A DNA stretch of 11,099 nt from Paramicrosporidium saccamoebae KSL3 (Eukaryota > Fungi > Cryptomycota), in assembly GCA_002794465.1 (NCBI GenBank), contig MTSL01000220.1, forward strand, positions 2,511-13,609, given 5' to 3'. The notes under the pieces were generated by a model that was not told the DNA's origin, searched no databases, and saw only the letters and a list, made by a program, of their open reading frames with translations. The position numbers were made by a program, and so were the translations under genes. Positions 1 to 8,453 of the stretch are shown here, in pieces (the first letter of the stretch is position 1; the number at the start of each line of letters is the position of its first letter).

Positions 1-153
1 CAGGTGACCCAATGTGGAACTGCATGATTGCATGTGCTTGATTATTTTTCGCATCGCCTCTAATGACACATTTCCACAAAGGTCTTTAACCGAAGCTCTT
101 GCCACCAACGATAATACTACTGCGAACGACGCCGTCAGCACGGCCAATTTCAT
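1..153 (-). CDS. 5' part of a probable secreted protein, likely third member of the tandem paralogue family (runs off left edge)
   Basis: ATG at 153 opens a stop-free frame of 51 codons to position 1: MKLAVLTASFAVVLSLVARASVKDLCGNVSLEAMRKIIKHMQSCSSTLGHL. It has a classic signal-peptide shape (MK, hydrophobic core, ARA cleavage-like site). The next segment DLCGNVSLEAMRKII parallels ELCQRLSSESLRSLF and QICTMLSMEGLEALI in the two neighbouring ORFs. It is absent from the ORF track because its stop lies outside the window. Confidence 0.6.
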   Translation of the reverse strand, partial: MKLAVLTASFAVVLSLVARASVKDLCGNVSLEAMRKIIKHMQSCSSTLGHL

Positions 154-595
154 AAAGATTTATCTCCGAAACCCTGGCCTACATGTATTATTCCTAGTCA
201 AATTATACTATGGCGTTGCCTTGTCGTGTAGTGGTGGATAAATAGTATGGACTGTCAGGCGGAAAGGGGGGCTTGTTCACTGCTAATCCTAGAATAGTAT
301 GGATACACATTTCACTGCCCTCAAATACCCAGCAACTAATCAACCCTCTGCCTTTACGTCACAGCCTGATGGATCATATGTCACGCATCTTTTCGAGAAT
401 TATCCAATTGTGGAAGATAAAGGCGTACATTAGCAGCGCTGGGGCTCTCATCGAACTATTTCAGCATATTTTCACTAGAGTATAGAGTTGATTAAAACAT
501 GGTTTAGTTGAGAATGAGAATTTCCTTATCGCCTGACAAGGTCCGTGGTGATCATTCCATTACGCAGCAATCGCGCGTCTTTGTAGTTCCATTTA

Positions 596-2236
596 TTAGC
601 TCCCAAAATTGAGCGCGTGGACTAATTCTCGCAACTTGACATGTTCGACCATGCTAGCTATGGACTGCCGTAGAGTATCGACAATTAAACTAGACACTTT
701 CGAATCATTGGTTGTCGGGCACATCTTCTTGGTCACCGTCGTTAAAATCACATTGTATGGATCTCCCCGTGACTTTGCAGGTAGAAACATGCTCGTGTCC
801 ATGCGGGTGCCTCCTGAAAGCATATAGGGGATACTCATGGCATATAGTCTTAGATGAACGAACTCTAAATCGCCTCGCCAGCATCGCCGCCCATGGTTAC
901 TCTTGAAAAGCCGATCCGAGGATTGTAGAACAAGCATGGCCTGCTCCACCAGATCCTGCAGGTTCCGCGTAGGGTATAACTTGTCGTGCATCCTGGCAGG
1001 CACTCTAAGCATGAGATTTAAAACCACTCTGTCTGCCCAAGAGTCCAGGATAGTGGCGAGTGTCTCAAGCGGAAGCACTGATCCAGGGAGCAATTCAGCC
1101 CGACAAAACCGACTGCGACGATCCAAAATCAACCGGACAGAGAAGAGCCACTTTTCCAGCGACAGCCGCCGACTAGTGAGTGATCTGTCTTTTATGCATC
1201 CCTCTAGTTCGTCTGCCACAGCGGGATACAAGCTATTAATTTTCAGTTGCTCTAGGGCCCACTCAATCGCGAACGGCGACGGCGGGGTATCGTTTGATTT
1301 TGTGCGAAATGCAAGCTGAACAAGAGCTACAATCTGATTACCAGCCAACTCGGGATATAAACGGGCAGTATGTTTGACCATTTCCACTATTTTCTTCCAC
1401 GGCGAGTAGCATTCGCGCTTTTTACCGTGTTCACATGTTAACCACTCTTCTAGGATGGCCCCTTTGCCCATGGAACGATCAATAGATGCTAATCCCTTTT
1501 GTCCATTCTTGATAAGCGTCATGATAGAGAGGGCTTTACCTTGTATCTTGTCGTTGCCAATGTGCCATTTTAGGGCGTTGACAAGGTGCAACAGTCGCAG
1601 GAACCCCAGATTCCAAGAATGTGGTGGCATGGGCGGAAGGATCATATATGGACTCCATTCTTCTAGCCTGTCCATCTCGAACAATAGCGGGACCAAATGT
1701 TTAAAATCAATGACATCCCACGCCTCTGCTATCATTTTGGCCTTTTCCTCCTCTTGCAGACCGGAAAGGAGCGACTGTTGCCAGTCGGTACACTCGATAC
1801 TTGCAGGTGCATTTCTTACAATCGATTTCACTAGACGTAATCTAATTGGGAAACTATGAAATAGAGATGGCTCAAAATTTTCAGTGGCAATACCACCTTG
1901 ATACTCTTTGAGCTTTTCTTCGGATAATACATTGGATACCAGGACCGAATTGAATCCCAACTTGCCAATACTCAGTATTGACGCGTGATGTGGTGCATCC
2001 ACTTCCGCAAGCTCTGCGCATCGCTCACTACTTTCCACGATACGTTCATACTCTGCCTGCAATGGATAATATCGTGTGCTCAACAGTTTTGCAAACTCTG
2101 CTACATGCATAGGTGCCACGGATACCGATTGAAAGAGCGAGCGGAGTGATTCAGAGGACAAACGCTGGCATAATTCGGAGGGACGGGTTGTCAACTGCAG
2201 ACATGCCACGACGGGAAGTAATTGTAGTGTAAACAT
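596..2236 (-). CDS. Uncharacterised 546-aa protein, paralogue B of tandem family; short hydrophobic N-terminus
   Basis: Uninterrupted 1641-nt ORF starting with ATG at 2236. It is collinear with 2655-4283, sharing YYP, IATExFxPxLF, WDxxDF, LYPA, DRVxxN, RCW and CPxT. No family recognised. Confidence 0.85.
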   Translation of the reverse strand: MFTLQLLPVVACLQLTTRPSELCQRLSSESLRSLFQSVSVAPMHVAEFAKLLSTRYYPLQAEYERIVESSERCAELAEVDAPHHASILSIGKLGFNSVLVSNVLSEEKLKEYQGGIATENFEPSLFHSFPIRLRLVKSIVRNAPASIECTDWQQSLLSGLQEEEKAKMIAEAWDVIDFKHLVPLLFEMDRLEEWSPYMILPPMPPHSWNLGFLRLLHLVNALKWHIGNDKIQGKALSIMTLIKNGQKGLASIDRSMGKGAILEEWLTCEHGKKRECYSPWKKIVEMVKHTARLYPELAGNQIVALVQLAFRTKSNDTPPSPFAIEWALEQLKINSLYPAVADELEGCIKDRSLTSRRLSLEKWLFSVRLILDRRSRFCRAELLPGSVLPLETLATILDSWADRVVLNLMLRVPARMHDKLYPTRNLQDLVEQAMLVLQSSDRLFKSNHGRRCWRGDLEFVHLRLYAMSIPYMLSGGTRMDTSMFLPAKSRGDPYNVILTTVTKKMCPTTNDSKVSSLIVDTLRQSIASMVEHVKLRELVHALNFGS

Positions 2237-2654
2237 TCAATATGCCGCTACAAGAATAAGTATTGTCGCGTGGCGGTCACAGTCACAGGGATATTTAATC
2301 TCAGGCCAAACGTGGGCCGCTTTTATTAAACATAGTCTCTTTGATAGTCTTTCCGGATTAGTGAGGAAAAGACCAGAGATGGGATCTATTAGCGAATGGA
2401 AAAGGGTCGTATTGGGGTTTGTGGCTCTATTACCGCATAGTGAGGGGGGGAATACTACGGACCAAGTCGAGCGATTTGTTCTGTTATTCCCGCAGCCTAC
2501 TAATCCCACAATCGTAAGGATACAAATTTCGCTGTCCTCAGATGCCCAGTTAGTCAATGCACTTTAACACACTCGATTGGGAAATAGCCATCTGGATCGG
2601 AACCACCGACCATAAACGAACGCTATCTTACAGAACTTTAAGCACCACAATTAT

Positions 2655-4283
2655 TTATTCGGTCAGGGCTTTATGTAGGGTGGCAAGTCCTACTTCCTTG
2701 ACCAAAGCATCTAGCCCAGCAGTTGCCTCTCTGGCCATAAGCTGCGCCGAGTTCCCCACAGGTACAGTGGATGGACATTGGTGGAACTGGATTTGTTCCA
2801 CGAGGACTTTTTCCAAATTATGAGTCGAGTCCACTGCAGGCAAGAGCGGGGCGACAATCAGTTTCTTCCCATAGACAAGGAAATAAATAATCATTCTCAA
2901 GTAAACTTCAAACAAGTTCCTGTCAATGGGGTAAGACCAGCAACGTTCAGTGCGATAATGCCCAAACAGCAGATCCGTCTTTGTAATAAGCTCTTTAACT
3001 TGCAAAAGCAAGTCCATCAGTGACCATATCGGAGGATTGCTAATGCCAAATCGCACTGAAGTGACGAAGCGTGTGTTGACAGCCACTCGATCGCTGGCGT
3101 ATAGGCGCAGCAGACTCGATAGACTTGTGATTTCCACCACGCCCTGTCTATCCGTTTCCACGTCCAGCCATCGATCCTCCTCATCGAGCACGCATCGTGC
3201 TTCCTGGCGAAACCTTTCTGCTCTATCAGGCAATCGGTAATCGGCACATAACGTCCGACAGACACGATGGTACTTTGCGCAGAATTGATTCCATCTGGCC
3301 GGATACAGTTGATGTCTCCCGAGAGTGTTCATAACTTTTGTCATAGGAGTTGAAGAGGATGCTGATATGTCTGCAACAATGATGGAATTGGCCATCAGAT
3401 CGTGCAACAGTATCGTTGCACGATCTGACATTTCACCCTCTCCCAGCCGACACAAATGACCCCAAAAGTCTGAAAACTCGCGTTTGCAATTACCGCCTGT
3501 GGAGAGACACCAGCACCATGAAGATACCTTTAAATCAGCCTTTACGGTCGTTAGTGTAGTCAGGAACAGTTTGCGCAGTAGTATGCCACGTCGGTTCATC
3601 ATTGCCGCGGCCATGGCGCATTTGATTGCTCGCAGGAGCGAAGCATTTGGGTCGTTTTGCCTCGAAATCAGTTGATTAACATTTCCGAAATTTTCCTGTC
3701 TGTTGAGCAGAACGAGGAGAGAACCAGGAAGGCTGGTAAAGTCCAGCGCATCCCAGCTTTGCAAGGCCACACAGATAACTCGACTCGTTGTTTGTTGATC
3801 ATTCAAATAGCGCTGCCAGGCAAAACTGTGCACACTGCCAGGCAGATTTTCCACCACCCACTGCAGCAGGATAGGCCGGATAAAGTCGTTAAATAAAAAT
3901 GGTCTAAACGACTCTGTCGCAATTTTTCCGAAATAACCCCCCGAATTCGTGTTGAGAAAGTACAGAACAAGCCAATTATTTCTTGTAAGCATCTCCAACG
4001 GCAGTAGAGTATCGTGTAGTTCCAGCACACTCACCAAACTCACCAGCAGCATGGCCCTCTGGTCATCCATTTGATCGGAAATGTAAATCCTGTGGAAGGG
4101 ATAGTAGTCACTGGCCAACAATCTTGCCAGGTTCACCGCATGCGGCTTGGCTAGCGAGTGAGAGTGTATTAGAGCCTCTAGCCCTTCCATAGATAACATC
4201 GTGCATATTTGGGCGGGTGATGAGATTATTCGAATGGAGGAGGTCAACCCAAAAACCCACAGCAGCACCACAAGTTGAAGCAT
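2655..4283 (-). CDS. Uncharacterised 542-aa probable secreted protein, paralogue A of tandem family
   Basis: The track starts this ORF at GTG 4292; the first in-frame ATG is at 4283 (MLQLVVLLWVFGLTSS|IRII), which gives a signal-peptide-like start. It is collinear with 596-2236, with 17/40 ungapped identities in the N-terminal block from PAQIC to YYP. Confidence 0.85.
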   Translation of the reverse strand: MLQLVVLLWVFGLTSSIRIISSPAQICTMLSMEGLEALIHSHSLAKPHAVNLARLLASDYYPFHRIYISDQMDDQRAMLLVSLVSVLELHDTLLPLEMLTRNNWLVLYFLNTNSGGYFGKIATESFRPFLFNDFIRPILLQWVVENLPGSVHSFAWQRYLNDQQTTSRVICVALQSWDALDFTSLPGSLLVLLNRQENFGNVNQLISRQNDPNASLLRAIKCAMAAAMMNRRGILLRKLFLTTLTTVKADLKVSSWCWCLSTGGNCKREFSDFWGHLCRLGEGEMSDRATILLHDLMANSIIVADISASSSTPMTKVMNTLGRHQLYPARWNQFCAKYHRVCRTLCADYRLPDRAERFRQEARCVLDEEDRWLDVETDRQGVVEITSLSSLLRLYASDRVAVNTRFVTSVRFGISNPPIWSLMDLLLQVKELITKTDLLFGHYRTERCWSYPIDRNLFEVYLRMIIYFLVYGKKLIVAPLLPAVDSTHNLEKVLVEQIQFHQCPSTVPVGNSAQLMAREATAGLDALVKEVGLATLHKALTE

Positions 4284-4776
4284 AAATTGCACCGGGGGTT
4301 ATCATGACCGAATTGGGTCCGAATTATAAAGTTTAAGCAAAAATCCTTTTTAGGCGAGTCTGGTCCCATGATCGGTGTGTTGAGGATGGTAGCCGGCATG
4401 CCACATAATTTAATAAACCTAATTCGCTCACCAACCGACCCTCTATTGGTATCCATGGCCCCTAGTTATACCATCTTGAAATTCACATGCGCTTCTACAC
4501 AGCGTTGGACAACACTGTTCCGTACGAAAAGACCTAGCCTGTAGATGATATACCGGAGATTAGGATTGCAGCTTACTGTTGACTAGTCAGAAATTTATAA
4601 TACTGTTACTAGCGAGCCGGCACGTAACAGATTAGTGTACAAGGCATCACACTTGTCTTACAACTAGCGATCAAATGAATCATCCTATAAATACTCTACA
4701 TTGAACAAGGATGGCATTTTGACCACAATGGGCCTGGAAAACCTCCATAATAGCTGTGCCAATTTGCCGTCTCATC

Positions 4777-6222
4777 CTAACTCGACCTAGATTTCCCTTT
4801 GTGTCGAATATAGAACAACAGATATGCGTTCTTCCAGCTTCCCTTTTCCGCAAGAACACTTTCTAGCGGCTCAACACTGTGAGTGGCATCATCGAAATGC
4901 AGCCATATGTCTGCCGATTTAAGGGATTGTCGCACATGGCTGGTGTAGTGGCCGCCGTCTGCGGTCCGTCCATGATGGTAGATGACGGCGTACAAGTGAT
5001 ACCCGGGCAATGGTTTTGACATGTGTAGCACTGACGGGTCCAACTCTAAATACTCTGGATACTGAATATACTTTGCCAGTTTCTCTGCCCCGTAGCTCTG
5101 GTTGTAGACGAAACGCTTTAGCTGAATAATTAGAATGGGCGGGGCGCTTTCAATCATCATTCTCCTAGTAATCTGACCCTCAATTGTCTCTAGCTTTGTC
5201 ATAAACTTGAATGCGTCTGACAGAGTTGTTATTGATTCATCTTGGATCTCCAGGCTGATGCAGTGGAAGGGCTCTGTGGTAATCGAATCTTTTATGCGTG
5301 GCCGTTTGACAATAGATCGATACCTCCCGTAGAATAGAAAACTGATGGGTGAAACGACATGTTCCATGGTGCGTGCCAGCGTCACCCTTTGTCCCTTGCC
5401 AACCTCCAGCCATTCGCCACTAACATCGCTGTCTCGTTCTCCATCGGTAACCTGCGAAAATCGCCATTTTAATGACTTTCTACATGCCAACAGTTCTTCG
5501 TGTATTTGATCCAGCAAAAACGTCAAAAACTCTTGTGCATCCTCCTGCGCTCCTTGAAAGTTCCGAGTGTTGCTATTTGTCCTCAAACACTCGTACAAGG
5601 ATTCGGGTACAATGGGCGCCCGCGTTGATGGAATTTCATCCTTCTCATACGCCACGTGTGACAAATAAACTTGATTTCTATGATTACGTTAGCACTAGCA
5701 TCTTGGCTTACAGAGCTCTCAGAAAGGGAGCCTTTCCCACGTCTAAAAATTCTAACCGTTCTCCCAATTTGCGAAACATATTTACAAGCGGGGAACAATG
5801 CAGAAATGACTGCAAAATCTATGGCCGTTAGAACATTATCATTCGAGTACTGAATTGAGAAAGCACATGTTCCCATAGTTAGCCAGTCCCTCGGCTCTCA
5901 TCGGTGCATCCGCCTGCAAAGACCGCCATGTCAACACCATCTCGGGCAAGTCGTTCTCCTCGTCTGATTCCGCATTGCATCCCTTTGTGGGGGTGCTCAA
6001 GGGTGTGACGAATAGCTCACTCCACGATTTGCGTACCTCGGAGAGTGTTTCAGAGGGCGTGGTGGAACGGGGCACCGGTACTTCGATAAGAGGAACGGTA
6101 GCCCGCAGCGGCAACTCCACCACCGGTTCGCTTACTCTGTGTGATACTGGGGATGCACTACCAAAGCGAAGGACTGATGTGGCATTTTCAGAGTCTTTAG
6201 CACAGGAAGCCTTGCTTTCCAT
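4777..6222 (-). CDS. UBP3: Ubiquitin carboxyl-terminal hydrolase, USP10/Ubp3-like (3 exons: 6222-5851, 5818-5712, 5677-4777; 459 aa)
   Basis: Splicing joins the Cys box GLANYGNMCFLNS|ILQ. Also present are QEDAQEFL, the His box HHGRTADGGHYT, WLHFDD and AYLLFY. KSWSELF resembles the USP10 KSWASLF motif, and WLEVGK matches the USP10/Ubp3 insertion region. Confidence 0.88.
5678..5711 (-). other. Spliceosomal intron, 34 nt (USP intron 2)
   Basis: GTAAGC...GCTAAC...CATAG; removal restores the frame (FLRAL-NQVYLSH). Confidence 0.85.
5819..5850 (-). other. Spliceosomal intron, 32 nt (USP intron 1)
   Basis: GTACTC...TCTAAC...CATAG; removal gives the canonical CFLNSILQ. Confidence 0.9.
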
Positions 6223-6270
6223 GACAAACTCTATAAGCCCGTTTAATTTAATTGGTTTAATTTTAAAGCC
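6223..6270. promoter_or_regulatory. 48-bp AT-rich gap between divergent start codons; probable bidirectional promoter
   Basis: Lies between the ATG at 6222 (minus) and the ATG at 6271 (plus) and contains tttaatttaattggtttaattttaaa. Confidence 0.6.
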
Positions 6271-7461
6271 ATGTCTCTTTGTAAGGAAGAGATAGAACGG
6301 TATTGTAGACAACTCATACTTCCCGGCTTTGGTATCCAAGGCCAGGAACGGATACGGAAGGCTTCTGTCTTGATTGTCGGTGCTGGTGGCTTGGGATGTC
6401 CTGTGGGGCTGTATCTGGCCGCTGCGGGCATTGGCCGTCTCGGTATTGTGGACTACGACACGGTAGAAGTTTCCAACCTCCATAGACAGGTTGCACATGC
6501 CGAAAAACGCACTGGTATGACAAAGGTCGACTCTCTTGCCGATACACTGAGCTCCCTGAATTCTGGCATTTGTATCGAGAGGCACAACCTGCTTATATCA
6601 TCAGGAAATGCACTGGATCTTATTGCATCTTATCAAATCATTGTTGATGCCACTGACAACGTGACAACACGATATCTTCTCAACGATGCTTGCGTTCTCC
6701 TCAAAAAGGTGCTCGTCTCTGGCGCTGCCCTTCGCTGGGACGGTCAGCTGACCACCCTTAATTATGGCATCGATGGTCCCTGTTATCGGTGTCTTCATCC
6801 GGAGCCACCCGCTTCAGCATTGCTTCAGTCCTGCGATATGAACGGTGTAGCAGGTCCAGTGCCCGGCATCATCGGATGCATGCAAGCTCTGGAGGTGCTC
6901 AGATTAGTTGCTCTGGAGAAGCCAAACTATTCAAAACGGATGGTGCTTTTTAGCGGAGAGACGGGTGCTATGCGAGTAGTATCTCTGCGATCAAGGAGAC
7001 CAGGCTGTGCAATCTGTGGAGAGAACCCAACGATTACGCAGCTTATTGATTATGTGCAATTTTGTGGTGCTTCGGCGGATGACAAAGGAGCCACATTGGA
7101 CCTTCTCACACCAGAGGAACGCATAGATGTGGTTGAGATGGATCGTCTACTTGAAGAAAAAGTCCCCATTCACATACTCGACGTGAGGAGTAGGGAATAT
7201 ACGGCAGTGTACCCATTCCAGTCTACGGCAGCGTGCTCATCTCAAGCCACAACTGTCACTGCCATCCCTATTGACGAGCTTGAGCAGAAATGTTCTGAAA
7301 TTCCATTGGATTGCGGCCCGGTCATTTGCATTTGCAGGAGGGGGAATGATTCGCAACTTGCGGTTCAGATACTAAAGAGGCATCATATAACGAGTAGGGA
7401 TTTGATTGGAGGGATCCACGAGTATTCCCGTACTATCGATCCCACTGTGCCCATTTTTTAA
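6271..7461 (+). CDS. UBA4: Adenylyltransferase/sulfurtransferase Uba4/MOCS3 (ThiF/MoeB domain plus rhodanese domain), 396 aa, intronless
   Basis: Contains RYCRQL, the nucleotide-binding GAGGLG, DYDTVEVSNLHRQ, DATDN, the Zn motifs CYRC and CAIC, and the C-terminal rhodanese active site CRRGNDS. Confidence 0.95.
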   Translation: MSLCKEEIERYCRQLILPGFGIQGQERIRKASVLIVGAGGLGCPVGLYLAAAGIGRLGIVDYDTVEVSNLHRQVAHAEKRTGMTKVDSLADTLSSLNSGICIERHNLLISSGNALDLIASYQIIVDATDNVTTRYLLNDACVLLKKVLVSGAALRWDGQLTTLNYGIDGPCYRCLHPEPPASALLQSCDMNGVAGPVPGIIGCMQALEVLRLVALEKPNYSKRMVLFSGETGAMRVVSLRSRRPGCAICGENPTITQLIDYVQFCGASADDKGATLDLLTPEERIDVVEMDRLLEEKVPIHILDVRSREYTAVYPFQSTAACSSQATTVTAIPIDELEQKCSEIPLDCGPVICICRRGNDSQLAVQILKRHHITSRDLIGGIHEYSRTIDPTVPIF

Positions 7462-7597
7462 TATAGGGGTCGCCATGTAATAAAAGTAAGGTCGAATGTT
7501 TTGGAGGACCAATAGGTCGTAATAATGGCTGATAATGGTTGCTAAAATTGGTCGCGGCGGACTCGGAAAAAATAACCTATTTACGTTTCTTCCGATA

Positions 7598-8103
7598 ATG
7601 TCAGTTCGTTGCATTCAACGTCCGCTCCTCCACCAGTACTCCAAACTGCGCACAACAGAAATAGTCACTGGATTTGACAAGGCATGGTCCACCATGAAGG
7701 ATGAGCAAAAGGCACAGGTCATCAAAGAATACGCCGCTCTGGAGGCTGGCGACTGGCATACATTGACCATTGACCAGAAACGCGCAAGTACCGGCCCCTC
7801 AACGCTAATTCCTTAGTCTATACGATCGCATATGGCGTGCCTGAGAAGCGTGACCCAAACCATCAAATGAAAGTGTTTGGCGGAGTAATGGCCGTCATAG
7901 CCACGGGTATCGGCGTCTTTTCCTTTGCCCGTTCTCGAGGTATCTTTGCCGATTACGACTGATTTCTAGCAAATCCGCCACCAAAGACATTGGCGCCCGA
8001 GTATAAGAGAGCACAAGAAGAATATCTGAAGAGCCAGAATTCCAACCCCATCTTTGGCCTTTCTGCAAAGAAAGAAGCTTCTGATGACGACATTACGCTA
8101 TAA
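7598..8103 (+). CDS. COX4: Cytochrome c oxidase subunit IV family (fungal Cox5 / animal COX4; exons 7598-7787, 7817-7939, 7970-8103; 148 aa)
   Basis: The spliced product has a presequence-like start (MSVRCIQRPLL...), DWHTLTIDQKRA|IYTIAYG, one TM helix (VFGGVMAVIATGIGVFSFA) and PKTLAPEYKRAQEEYLKSQNSNPIFG, all matching fungal Cox5 motifs. Confidence 0.9.
7788..7816 (+). other. Spliceosomal intron, 29 nt (COX intron 1)
   Basis: GTACCG...GCTAAT...CTTAG; removal restores KRAIYTIAYG. Confidence 0.9.
7940..7969 (+). other. Spliceosomal intron, 30 nt (COX intron 2)
   Basis: GTATCT...ACTGAT...TCTAG; contains an in-frame TGA; removal gives RSR-ANPPPKTL. Confidence 0.88.
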
Positions 8104-8202
8104 ATTTTCCGTTAGTAAATAATATAATGCGATCCGGGTGACAAATACGCTTGGTTTACTATGCATATTAAAGTTTTGACCTTGGAGGTACGGAGCTGGG
8201 CT

Positions 8203-8277
8203 GGAAATTTGAAACTATCCAGGACATTGAAACTATGCAGGGCATTTGAAATTACGCTGGACATTTGAAATTGCGTA
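8203..8277. repeat. Degenerate tandem repeat, 4 copies of 18-19 bp
   Basis: ggaaatttgaaactatcca / ggacattgaaactatgca / gggcatttgaaattacgct / ggacatttgaaattgcgta. Confidence 0.85.
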
Positions 8278-8412
8278 GGGATAGTTCATGATCCAAAGCC
8301 TAATGGCAGCTCATTTGGCTTATAGTGCTCTGACCATTTACAATGTAGCTTTTATCTTTGGATGCTTATCAGCACTTCCAAATGAGGTACGTGATCGATA
8401 AGGTTTAAATAG

Positions 8413-8420
8413 CCTATAAA
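8413..8420 (+). promoter_or_regulatory. TATA-like element upstream of the SOD gene
   Basis: TATAAATA lies about 35-40 nt before the ATG at 8454 and is followed by ttaattaattt. Confidence 0.4.
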
Positions 8421-8453
8421 TAACAGCTCTTTAATTAATTTGTCGTCTGCAAC

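Noticed and set aside
903-1859. Plus-strand ORFs of 138 and 134 aa
   Set aside because: They are shadows of paralogue B, whose minus frame is supported by homology to paralogue A.
4293-4776. Small spliced gene or snRNA in the gap between paralogue A and the USP gene
   Set aside because: Minus-strand GTAAG...CTAAT...AG patterns exist (38 and 53 nt), but no splicing gave a convincing ORF. TAAGACAAGTGT resembles U2 only loosely and lacks the flanking structure.
6223-6585. N-terminal extension of the USP ORF (track ORF 5839..6585)
   Set aside because: It lies antisense to the conserved UBA4 start and runs through the AT-rich gap. The ATG at 6222 is the plausible start.
7190-7221. Possible intron explaining the short insertion in the Uba4 rhodanese domain
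   Set aside because: The 32-nt GTAGGG...CCAG candidate would frameshift away the CRRGNDS active site, ends in CAG and has no branch site.
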